Assembly (NCBI RefSeq): GCF_006345805.1
Contig: NW_021835935.1
Span: 1 to 37,292, forward strand
DNA: 37,292 bases
Direction: 5' to 3'
From: Octopus sinensis
Lineage: Eukaryota
Both the position numbers and the translations under genes were made by a program. Within the stretch, counting starts at the first letter, position 1. Each line of letters opens with the position of its first letter. Of the stretch, positions 9,070 through 19,712 are shown one piece after another. The notes below the pieces were generated by a model. It searched no databases, was not told where the DNA came from, and was given only the letters and a program-made list of their open reading frames with translations.

Positions 9070-10765
9070 ATAAATATTATTAGAGACAAAACCACTATTT
9101 TGCAAAACAAACAAGGAAGACTTAATCACTACATAAAATTTTAAAAAAAGTCAAAAAAACCGCCACTACAATTGTTTTCTTGTCTTGATCGACAATCTAA
9201 AATATCAATATTTTAAATATAAAAATAATAATTTTAAATAATTAAAGTATTAGAAAAAATATAATATATAATCTATTTATAACCTATATATAATCCATAT
9301 ATAATCAATATATAAACATATATAAACTAAAATAAACCTATCAACAATTAATATAAAATATAAAATATAAAATATAAACAAAACAAAAAATAAACTATAT
9401 ATAACACCCATACACATATAACTAATTATATATAACCATATCTAAATACATACACTAAATCACACACCTAATATATATCCCTATACATACACATAAAAAC
9501 GTCTAGGCAACGATAAATAAATAAAATAGCTAAATACTTCAAACACAATACTTATATCATACTCCCTCACACACACATACAACCCACATTCCCGCTGCTC
9601 TAGAAACGGACATCACTTAAAATTATGAACGGAGAAATGGAATAAATGGATTAAAAATTATATTCACTTGGTAAAACGAACACTACTTAAAAATTATGAA
9701 TGAAATAATGCAATAAAACAACAACATCGCAAATAGACACAAATTACTACGATTCCTTAACAAAACTACCATATAAACCAAAACTCATAAAAACATATAA
9801 TGATAAAATCTCCCTTTACTAACTCTATAACATACCTATATAGCATCCCCCTAACCTAACATTCACACACAATACACCCACACGTAAACCACACACCCAC
9901 GACATATACAAATACCCACCCCCCACTTACCATACCTATACATACATATAAACCTCAACATATACTCCAAAACCCACTCAACCCCACACAGACAAATAAA
10001 CACATACATCCCCAAAACCTAAATAAGCAAACCCATAAACACATTCACACACAATATACATACGTAAAACACACACCCATATACATTACATACTCACCAA
10101 CTCGATATATACAACAATATTAACACATACCCACAATATTCAACACACCCACATCATACAGATAAACAAACTACACACCAAATACGCACACACTCACACA
10201 CACAATCCCACATACATAAAAACTCCAAAAAAACAACATTATTACACATAATACGATATTTAAAATACATCGTAAGTAACCAGAATATCAAAAATACACA
10301 ATATGACATAAGGAGAAATAATATCATACTTTCAAGTCAGTTTCAATTATGAATTGAAATTAAATTCTAATCCGTTAAAACATCAAACCAATTACGTTAC
10401 CATAGGAACATAACTTATGTATAAAAAGAATACGCGCTATGGAAGCAAACCTCACTTAAAATTATGAATGGAGAAATAAATATGGAATTAAAAATTATAT
10501 ACACGGTAAACCAACATTATTTTAAAAAATTATGAATGGATTCTTTTATAAAACTACCATGATAACTAAACTCACAAACATAAATGATAAAACCTCCCTT
10601 TACTAACTCTATAACATACTTATATAGCAATCACTTTAACCTATACATTCACACACCAATACACACACGTAAACCACACACCCATAACAATACAAAACAC
10701 CCACCCCACTCACACACACCCACAAGTACATATAAGCCTCAACATATACACCAAACAAAATGGAG
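9070..10765. repeat. G-depleted A/C-rich region containing a diverged ~0.84-kb-spaced direct duplication
   Basis: cacttaaaattatgaa.ggagaaat at 9617 and 10454; ctccctttactaactctataacatac at ~9810 and ~10595; no G on + strand from 9254 to 9500. Confidence 0.75.
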
Positions 10766-10874
10766 CTTTGTGATTGAATTCGGTAGGTGGAGTTACTCTG
10801 CCGTGTGTGTATGTGTGCGTATAGCTGCTCAGTGCCTCTCCGAAAGAGAGAGAGGGATATATATATATATATAG

Positions 10875-11050
10875 TTCAAATTTACAGAAAATGAAAGACA
10901 AAGACAGGTGAGGGAACAAAGCAGGTGTATTAGTTTTGATGTTTGAGAGAATATAAAAGCCTTTGATGTTTCAAGCCAATGCTCTTTGACAGAAAAGACT
11001 GAGAAAAAAAAAATGTGTAGGGATTAACAGTTCAACATAGTGAAATGACC
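10875..11050 (-). mobile_element. Short (TA)n-embedded repeat with variant hammerhead motif (copy 2)
   Basis: Minus ~10996-10961: TTTT CTGTCAA AGAGC ATTG GCTT GAAAC ATC AAAG; shares gcaggtg..tgtattagt with 6465-6670. Confidence 0.45.
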
Positions 11051-11319
11051 CTATATATATATAGATGAGTAAGCACATAAGTGCTAAACAAGGTGGGAAA
11101 AATAGTACTCGAATACTGAAGGTAGAGTAATAGGATATTTATACACCCCTGACCAGCCCAACCATTCGTGAATACAACACTGTTTATATTTTCAAAATAA
11201 GTTACCCAATCAAATTTAAATGCTTATTTGTCAAACTGGAGCATATCAAATCATATATTACATGTACCATAGCAATTTTATTCTAGTCTTGATCACAACT
11301 GTCCAACAAACGGCAAAGA

Positions 11320-11770
11320 CCGCATTAATCGCCGTGGAAGGGGTGTGATGATTTTTGTTCGATCAAATCTATCGGCAATCCCCTGTGATGATTTGAACCA
11401 ATCTCAGCAGGAAGTATTTTTCTGCAATATACACATGACCATATCAACACTTCTGCTCGGAGTCGTTTACGGACCCCCCCAAAAAAAAATTTATCGTCAA
11501 GACGAACAGATTTTTGATATCCTCAGAGCTCCTGCCAAGAAAACAGCCACGTATGTTTATATTGCGGACAACTTCAATTTCCCTGAGATTGACTGGAAGG
11601 CCTTCCGTTGGCGCAAAGTGCAGACGATTTCCTTGAACTGGTGCTGAATTCAAATTGGTCCCAAGTCGTTACCTCCCCCACAAGGGGTAACAACACTTTG
11701 GATCTGCTACTTACCGCTTCTCCTGAAACAATCATTAGTGTCACTACTGAAGAACCTTTAGGTGACTCTG
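11320..11770 (+). pseudogene. Internal APE endonuclease fragment of the CR1 family, inverted relative to the main copy
   Basis: DRINRRGRGVMIFVRSNLSAIPCDDLNQSQQEVFFCNIHMTISTLLLGVVY...FVELVLNSNWSQVVTSPTRGNNTLDLLLT..TTEEPLGDSD (frameshifted); paralogous to 14225-14675 (-). Confidence 0.9.
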
Positions 11771-11894
11771 ATTTGTTTCCAGTTTTCTGTGAAAAACATG
11801 TTCAGCCAAAGGAAAACATTACCTTACTAAGAAACAGGTAAGGGTTAGCAACAGGATTGGCATCTGGTCAGAGAGAATCTGCCAAAACGAATTT

Positions 11895-12040
11895 AATTTA
11901 ATGACTGAATGAATGAATGAATGAAGGAAGGAAGGAAGGAAGGAAGGAAGGAAGGAAGAGAGGGAGGGAGGGAGGGAGGGAGGAAGGAATGAATGAAGGA
12001 AGGAAGAGAGGGAGGAAGGAATTATAATAATAATAATAAT
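11895..12040. repeat. (GAAT)n/(GGAA)n/(GGGA)n purine tract followed by (TAA)n LINE tail
   Basis: Direct reading. Confidence 0.9.
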
Positions 12041-12059
12041 TGTGTAGTGCTCAGGTGCA

Positions 12060-14835
12060 CTACAACTCATCGAAAGTGTATATATAATCAGGTGTAGTTT
12101 CGACGGATTTCGAAAAGCATGAGGGCCTTAAAGGATGCAGTGTCATGGCAGTCAACAACTGACGCAGGCAGTTATTCCATGCTTCAGCAACTCTGAGTGT
12201 GAAGAAATGTTTCCGAAAGTCATGGGAGCTGTGTGTTGTTTCTGACTTTGTAGGCATGTCCACGTGTGTTAGACACATGGAGATCAAAAAGGTGTTCAGT
12301 GTTGTTATTGGTGAGGTGGTTGACAACTTTGTGGGTGTTTACCAAGTCCGTCACCAGACGCCGAGCTTCAGTGAATCCATGCCCAGGGAAACAAGGCACT
12401 CAGAATATGGTAGGTGTCTGATGGAGGGTATGCGTTTGGTTGCACGTCTCTGAACAGATTCCAGGAGGTCAATGTTCTGAGCAAGATAGGGGTTCCAAAC
12501 TGATGATGCGAATTCCAGAGCTGTATACAGTTTTAAATAGATGGCTGGAGAGCGGCTAACAAAAGTCTTGCTGAGTGATGCCAAGACACCCTCGGCCTTC
12601 TTGACAATTTTAGAGATATGCTTTGTCCAACGCAAATCACTGCTGACAGTGATGCCTAGGTCACGCTCGCAAGAGGATTTCTTGATATCAGTGTTGTGGA
12701 GGGAGTATGTGGACGCAGGGTTTTCTCCCAAAATGCATGGTGGTACACTTGTCCACAGCCAGTTTCAGTTGCCAGTCTGTGATCCATTGCTGCATTGTGC
12801 AGGTCTGATTGCAGGAAAGAGCTGTAGACAACAGGATCTGTCCTCTTGATTTCAAGGTACAGCTTGATGTCGTCTGCATATTTTAATACTGTGGCATTCT
12901 TTAAATTTGCATCTATGTCATTAATGTATGCCACAAAACAGAGGGGACCAAGGACAGATCCCTGTGGTACACCCGATGACATCATATATGGTGTAGAATG
13001 CTGTCCTAGAACTGTGACTACCTCCTTTCGGTTGAGAATGAAGGACTCAACCAGTTAAAAAGGTCATCCCTCACACCCATTGCAGAGAGTTTCACCATAA
13101 GCCTTTTGTGTGGCACAGAGTTGAAAGCCTTAGCAAAGTCAAGGTAGACAACATCCACCCATGAGCCACTGTCAGTGATCTGAGTAATGTCCTCAAGGAA
13201 CTCGACAAGCTGACCACTGCAGCTGGAGTTAGGGACAAATCCATATTGTGAGGGTCGGATGAGACTGTGTGAGCTCCAGAAGTTCCAAAGTGTTTCTCTG
13301 ACACACGATTCCATCAGTTTTGCAATACAGCTAGTGAGACTGACTGGGCAATAGTTGACAGGTGATGTGCGGTCGCCCTTCTTGAACAGAGGAATGACAC
13401 TGGCAGTTTTCCACTGTTCCGTGGAGTAGCACCATTGTTGAGACAGTACTGGAAGGAAAGTAGAGAGCTGGTGTAAAAGGAAGTACTGCCACATTTGAGA
13501 AGCAGGTATGTAACTCCATCAAGACCAGGGGAGGATAGTTGCACTTATTTTGAAGGTGACGTCGCAGCATTGCAGGTGTAAATTCCATAGTTGTTATGGA
13601 ATTTGCTGTTAGAGATGGTGAAGATGGTACATTTGACTTTCAACAGTGAATATGTTTGCATAGCACTCGGCAATGAGTTCTGCGCATTCCTTGGGGTCAT
13701 CAGTGATCTGGTTTGTGTGAGGGTTGCAAAGAGGGCCCACTGGAGAGTGAGGTCTCTGCTTCGAATGCACATATTTCCAGAAAACCTTGCTGTCAGGATT
13801 GGCTGCTATGCACTGTTCAAATTCAAGCACTGCTTTTTTTGTCACTTGCTTGAGATGGTTGGAAGATTTATTCCGCTTCTTCCTGTTGGTGTCTGATTTA
13901 TGCAACTTGTAATCCCGTTCAGCAGTTCTTTGACGTTCCTTCCTGGCAAGTCAGACCGCTGAAGTTTCCCAAATTGCACTTTTGGGGCGGGTTCTTCTTT
14001 TTCTGTTTACATGGCACTGATGCTGCACATGCTGCCCATATTGAGTCCAGGATACTCTGGAGTATAGTATTCACATCTCCAGAGTTGTAGAATTCACGCC
14101 AGTTTGGGTGCTGTAGTTCAGTGTGGTACAGGTTCCAATCTGCTCTCTTCCAATCGAAGGAAGCAGTTTGGAGATGGTTCAGGTTTTTGTTGCCCGCAAG
14201 AGCCAGATTGGCGATGATCATAGCATGATCAGAGTCACCTAGAGGTTCCTCCGTAGTGCAATTGATAACCGCTTCAGGAGTTGTGGTGAAGAGCAGGTCC
14301 AGGTGCTGTCGCCTCTTGTTGGAGAGGTGACTACTTGTGACCAGTTTGAGTCCAGTACAAGCTCAACAAAATCGTTTGCACTCTGTGGCCAATGGAAGGT
14401 TTCCCAATTGATCTCAGGATGATTGAAATCGCCTGCAATGAAAACATAAGTGGCTGTTTTCCTGGCAGCAGCTCGGAGGATATCGCAAAGCTGTGTGTCC
14501 CGATGGTAATTTGGGGGACGATAAACAACACCAAGCAGGAGTGTTGACATGGTCATACGTACGTCACAGAAAAAAACTTCTTCTTGTGATTCGTTCAAAT
14601 CGATACAAGGAATTACTGAAAAATTTGAACGAACATAGACCATCACACCACCACCACGGCGGTTAATGCGGTCCTTGCGGAAGAGGTTGTACCCAGTGAT
14701 GTTGAAAACCCCATCACAGAGTAAGGAATGCGCCCATGTTTCCGTGACAGTGATGAAGTCAGGGTCAATACTTCCAACGTAGGCGTTGAACAAATGAATT
14801 TTGTTGCACAAACTGCGAGCATTTAAGGACAACAA
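12060..14835 (-). pseudogene. CR1 ORF2 (APE endonuclease + reverse transcriptase), frameshifted
   Basis: LSLNARSLCNK..ITVTETW..GYNLFRKDRINRRGGGV; KKGDRTSPVNYCPVSLTS; QYGF; VYLDFAKAFNSVPH; SGVPQGSVLGP; KYADDIKLY; ERDLGITV; WNPY..LESVQRRATK; FFTLRVAEAWN. Confidence 0.93.
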
Positions 14836-14939
14836 TTTGTACCCTGCTTGCAGTTTATGAAGGTGTGTAGAGGATGGCAGGTTGTTCAGGTTTAGTTTCC
14901 CTGAGTTGCTGTAGTTTTTTTAGTTTTGTTTTCAGTGTC

Positions 14940-15570
14940 AGTCATTGTGGGTAGAGAGCACTCAGACCAGCTGGTATCTCTCTTCCACGTTTCACCCGTC
15001 TTAACAAATCTCCAGATTTGTCCATCTTCACGAAGACTGAAGCTTTCCTGTAGAGCTGAGTTCCGGTTCAGGGAAGCCGCTTACACGTACATCGGATGGT
15101 AAGCCGGGCGTGTTCGGAGGGTCGTCCGATTTTCACCCCCAGCTTTAACTGAGGCCAGATGGTATGCGGTTGCCTCAGCGTGGTCTGGAAAAGACAGCTT
15201 GATGAGCCTGGGTTTTGGGCCAGGTCGTCCAAGGCAGAGAGCACCTGTTGGGGAACGCAGCCTAGGTCTTTGGCTGAGTTGGCAGCAAATGCCTGAAGAT
15301 CAGCCATGTCTTCTGGCACCCCAATGACAATAAACTTCACGGGTAGCAGAATCCGTGGTCTTAGATGCGGCAAGAGGTACAGGTACAGGGAGGTTCTTTA
15401 GCAAGAGCATTCCGATAAGACCTTCATTGTGGAGTCCAACCTGAATGCTTGCTTTTATTCCTGCAACTTCCCCTCTTAAAGCACAGATCGATTGTTGCAG
15501 TTCTGCAAGAACCGCACTGGTCAATTGGTGTTGTTGTTGCTGCTGCTGCTCTGGTTGTGGTTGATTTTGT

Positions 15571-15605
<35 letters not shown>

Positions 15606-16130
15606 ATGTTGTTGCTGCTGTCGTTGTTGCTGCTGCTGCTCTGGTTGTGGTTGATTTTGTTGTTGTTGATGTTGTTGTTGTTGCTGCTGCTCTGGTTGTG
15701 GTTGATTTTGTTGTTGCTGCTGTTGTTGTTGTTGCTGCTGCTGCTGCTCTAGTTGTGGTGATTTTGTTGTTGTTGTTGCTGCTGCTGCTGCTCTAGTTGT
15801 GGTTGATTTTGTTGTTGCTGCTGTTGCTGTTCCGCCTCCTCCACGGGAGTGGCAGGGGAGACACAATCGTCGGTTGTGGAGGCACGCAGGCCTGACACTG
15901 AAAGTCCAAGATTTAAGCTGAACATCTTCCAGAGTCTATCCATCATAGCATTATGATGGCTCTTTTTTTGGCCTGGGATCTTCTGAAAGTCCGTGGCACA
16001 TTGGAGGCAGACAGAGATGAGGCATGTCAACACATCGACCCAGCGATTACGGAACGTATTTTCGGGTTCCGTACAGATGTGGCAGGTGTGATTTCTGGGC
16101 AGTGTTCTATTTTGGAGCAGCGACCAGTCT
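14940..16130 (-). pseudogene. CR1 ORF1 remnant: Cys-rich N-terminus, polyQ repeat, coiled coil, FIVIGVPE motif
   Basis: TCHICTE..LTCLISVCLQC; (QQQQQNQPQPEQ)n; AELQQSICALRGEVAGIK; VKFIVIGVPED, typical of LINE ORF1 RRM-like starts; split by frameshifts. Confidence 0.65.
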
Positions 16131-16214
16131 TATCGCACGCCGCTATGGATTCCACCATGGCGATTCTGTTGCTTCTGGTCATCCGTAGAGACAGAAAATG
16201 TAAACAACAATACG

Positions 16215-17144
16215 GGCATAGTTTCGGTTGTAGTAGCACAGATTTCCGTCGATTTCCGTAAAAAACTTTTATTTTTTTACATAAGTAATGAGAGCGAAAG
16301 AGACTAAGAGGAAGCGATTTTACGACGAGAAGGTTTCTCTTTGAAATCGGCCTGTGTGTGTTTGATGGGGTGTGGGAGACAGACAGTATGTTGTGTAAGT
16401 GAAGTGCTTCTGTTAGTGTGTGTGAAGAGACAGACATACATATACACATACACCGAGTAAAAAATTACTATGAATCGGCCATACATACATCACACACACA
16501 CATACATAGATACATACACCACACACACATACATACATACATACACACACACATACTTACACACACACACACACACACATAGATACATACACACACACAC
16601 ATACATGCAGACATACATATACACATACACCGAGTAAAAAAATACACTGAATCGACCATACATACATACACACATACATACATACACATACACACACTAC
16701 ATAGATACATAAAATACACACACACACATACATGCAGACATACATATACACATACACCGAGTAAAAAATTACGATGAATCGACCATACATACATACATAC
16801 ACACACACATATACACACACACATACATAGATACATGCATACATACATATACACACATGCATACATACATATACACATACACCGAGTAAAAATCAGTTAT
16901 CTATCTCTTTCACACATTACTCTCTCTGTCTCTTCACACACACTAACAGAAGCACTTCACTTACAAACATACGTCTGTCTCCCCACACCCCATCAAACAA
17001 ACACAGGCCGACTTCAAAGAGAAAACCTTCTCGTCGTAAAATCGCTTCCTCTTAGTCTCTTTCGCTCTCATTACTTATGTAAAAAAATAAAAGTTTTTTA
17101 CGGAAATCGACGGAAATCTGTGCTACGACATGCGAAACTTCGCC
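16215..17144. mobile_element. Fold-back/MITE-like element: ~220-bp inverted repeats around a minisatellite
   Basis: gtagcacagatttccgtcgatttccgtaaaaaactttt..(16233-16440) is the reverse complement of ~16920-17126; four internal accgagtaaaaa units separated by (CA/CATA)n. Confidence 0.8.
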
Positions 17145-17734
17145 AGGCAGACTTGTTTTTTTTTTTTTTACACAATTCAGAAAAAAGATAAACAGTGCTG
17201 CTCCAATTCTTTATGCCTCCAGACATTTCACTGCATTCATCTTGACATTATCAAAGGCAACACAGACCAACAGCTTACACTTGTAAGAGATAAGGATCAC
17301 ATGTGGTCGTATAGAAAATACGCGGTTCTACTCTTAACGAATTATTCAAAGCCAAAAAATACATACAAACGATAATAGGACATAAGTGAATTGACACAAG
17401 TCTTCTGTTGGTAGATAAATATTATTTATTTTACATTTTTATAATCATGTGGATTTTAAGAGTTCGTAAACGTTAGCATGTTTTGTGTCTGTGTGTTCGG
17501 GTGGCGTGAAGCATACCCAAAGGTACTGAACATAGAATTAAGAATGGCATTTAGTTTACTGTTCATAGGGCAAGATGCTGGAATCTACTCGAGAGGCTTT
17601 CAATGTTTGTATAGATTAGCGTAGCAACAGGTAGTAGCAGAGACAATCGCATATCTCTAAGTTGAGCAGCAGGTGGTGGCCTAAGTTAGTTCTTAGAAGA
17701 ACTGGAACTCAAGACATAAGTGTCTGTGAACCCT

Positions 17735-17950
17735 GCTTTATATACTGTTTGGTTGGCTCACCGAACTCCAGAAAATGGAATTTTAACCGAAGGTCTCGAT
17801 TGGCTGATTCGCAATTATGGCGCGAAATAAGTCGAGACAATTCGCGTCACGTGTCAACCAGTGGCGCGGACTACGTAGGGACCCTCGTGTCACATGTCAA
17901 CCAGTGGCGCGAAACACGTAGAGACCACTCGTGTCACCTGTCAGCCAATC
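17735..17950 (-). promoter_or_regulatory. Promoter-like motif cluster (possibly LTR U3)
   Basis: Minus-strand TATATAAA (17737-17744); GATTGGCTGA (17798) and TCAGCCAATC (17941); TGGCGCGAAA x2 (17818, 17905); E-boxes CACGTG/CACATG/CACCTG in three 43-44-bp repeats; CpG-rich. Confidence 0.5.
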
Positions 17951-18089
17951 AAGTTAGTATTTAGAACAAGAACCAGTTGACCAAAGATGGTTGTAACCTC
18001 AAACGAGATCATTTCTGCCTTGCCTTTCACACAGTGAAGATATTAGCAATCGCTATAGTCATATTTCAAAATGGCTGAAACTGCCACGC

Positions 18090-18660
18090 TACACACTCTT
18101 TCACTCAGAATCTTCTCTCAATTCCACATATATTTTGCTATGAGACCTAAATCACCAGCTTATAGGTGTTCTTTGGATAGCCCAGTCATAAACTTATCTG
18201 TGATGGCCATGGGCTATGATGAGTAGAACTCTTGATAGACTCTAATAACAACTGAAGTTGTTATTGACTCTAAATTTACCTCATCACCAATGTCATTGTT
18301 GACTCACTTTACTTACTGCATTTTTGTACTTCACATACACAGCCCTCACAAGCTATTCATCTTCACCTAGTTTCCTTAGTGACCATTAAATTACCAACCA
18401 TGGTACCCTGACAAAGGGCTTCTCCAAATCAATGAATGACAAGAATAATGGTAATTCTTAGGCAAGTATTTTCTTTGCAGTCTCCTCATTCAAAAGACTG
18501 CAATGTAGTACCTCTGCTAGGCATAAAGCTAAACTGCATTTCATTAAAATTTAAACCTGCTATGGATCAGTTGTGCTATGACTCTCACCATGGCATTCAT
18601 AATCTGATCCAACGTTTTGATACCTCTGTAATTTCCTCTTGCTAAAGCATCTCTTTGCTC
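18090..18660 (-). pseudogene. Degenerate RTE reverse-transcriptase fragment
   Basis: DALARGNYRGIKTLDQIM..EMQFSFMPSRGTT..FIDLEKA..LRKLG..SKVRVNND..YAGDL; paralogous to 23070-24270. Confidence 0.75.
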
Positions 18661-18676
18661 TTGTAGCATGTTGTCC

Positions 18677-18860
18677 CCGAACATCGCTTGACAACCGATG
18701 CTGTGTTTACCCCATCCGCTAGTGGTTCAGCAAAAGAGACTGATAGAATAAGTATTAGGCTTACAAAGAATAAATCCTGGGGTCAATATGCTCGACTAAG
18801 GTGGTGCTCCAGCATGGCTGCAGTCAAATGACTGAAACAAGTAAAGAGTAAAGTGTAAAA
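18677..18860 (+). mobile_element. Family A SINE 3' half
   Basis: catcgcttgacaaccgatgctg..gatagaataagta..ggtggtgctccagcatggctgcagtcaaatgactgaaacaag. Confidence 0.75.
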
Positions 18861-19050
18861 ATACATACACACACACACACACACACACATACATACATAT
18901 ATACATACACAAATATATATATATATATGTGTGTGTATATATCTATGCATATATGTATGTATGTATATATGTGTGTGTGTGTATATATTTTTACACTTTA
19001 CTCTATTACTTGTTTCAGTCATTTGACTGGAGCACCACCTTTAGTCAAGC

Positions 19051-19712
19051 AGAATGGATGAAGATAGTTGTGTGAAAAAGCGCCATACTTAGCGGTTGAG
19101 GGACCTGTGGAAGAGGCAGACCCAGGAAAACCTGGGACGTGGTGGTGAAGCATGACCTTCGAACTTTAGGTCTCACTGAGGAAATGACTAGAGACCGAGA
19201 CCTTTGGAAGTGTGCTGTGCGTGAGAAGACCCGGCAGGACAAGTGAGACCATAACCCGGGATGTGCCAGTCCACTTATGCATACCTTTCCTTCTGAGGAC
19301 ACAAAACTCTACTTGTGAAGACCTGTTGAGGCAAGTGAGAATCGGAATCGAAATCGATCAACATCAATGGAAATTGCAGCTGTGATACCAGTGCCAGTGA
19401 TACGTAAGAGAACCATCCGATCGTGGCCATTGCCAGCGCCGCCCTGACTGGCCTCGTGCTGGTGGCACGTAAAAAGCACCATCCATTCATGGCCATTGCC
19501 AGCCTCACCTGGCACCTGTGCTGGTGGCACGTAAAAAGCACCCACTACACTTACGGAGTGGCTGGCGTTAGGAAGGGCATCCAGCCGCAGAAACACTGCC
19601 AGATCAGACAGGAGCCTGGTGCAGCCTTCTGGCTTCCCAGACCCCAGTTGAACCGTCCAACCCATGCTAGCATGGAAAGCGGATGCTAAACGATGATGAT
19701 GATGATGATGAT
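19051..19712 (+). mobile_element. 5'-truncated RTE LINE (ORF C-terminus + 3' UTR + (GAT)n tail)
   Basis: RMDEDSCVKK..GRGRPRKTWDVVVKHDLRTLGLTEEMTRDRDLWKCAVREKTRQDK*; UTR ends acccatgctagcatggaaagcggatgctaaacgatgatgat. Confidence 0.85.

Larger units (their letters stand above)
12025..16215 (-). mobile_element. Near full-length CR1-type non-LTR retrotransposon
   Basis: ORF1-like region, APE, RT, CR1-type C-terminus and (TTA)n tail in the correct order. Confidence 0.92.

Noticed and set aside
17406-18000. Formal solo-LTR call
   Set aside because: TG start and polyA signal are plausible, but no matching CA end with TSD could be identified; kept only as a promoter-like cluster.
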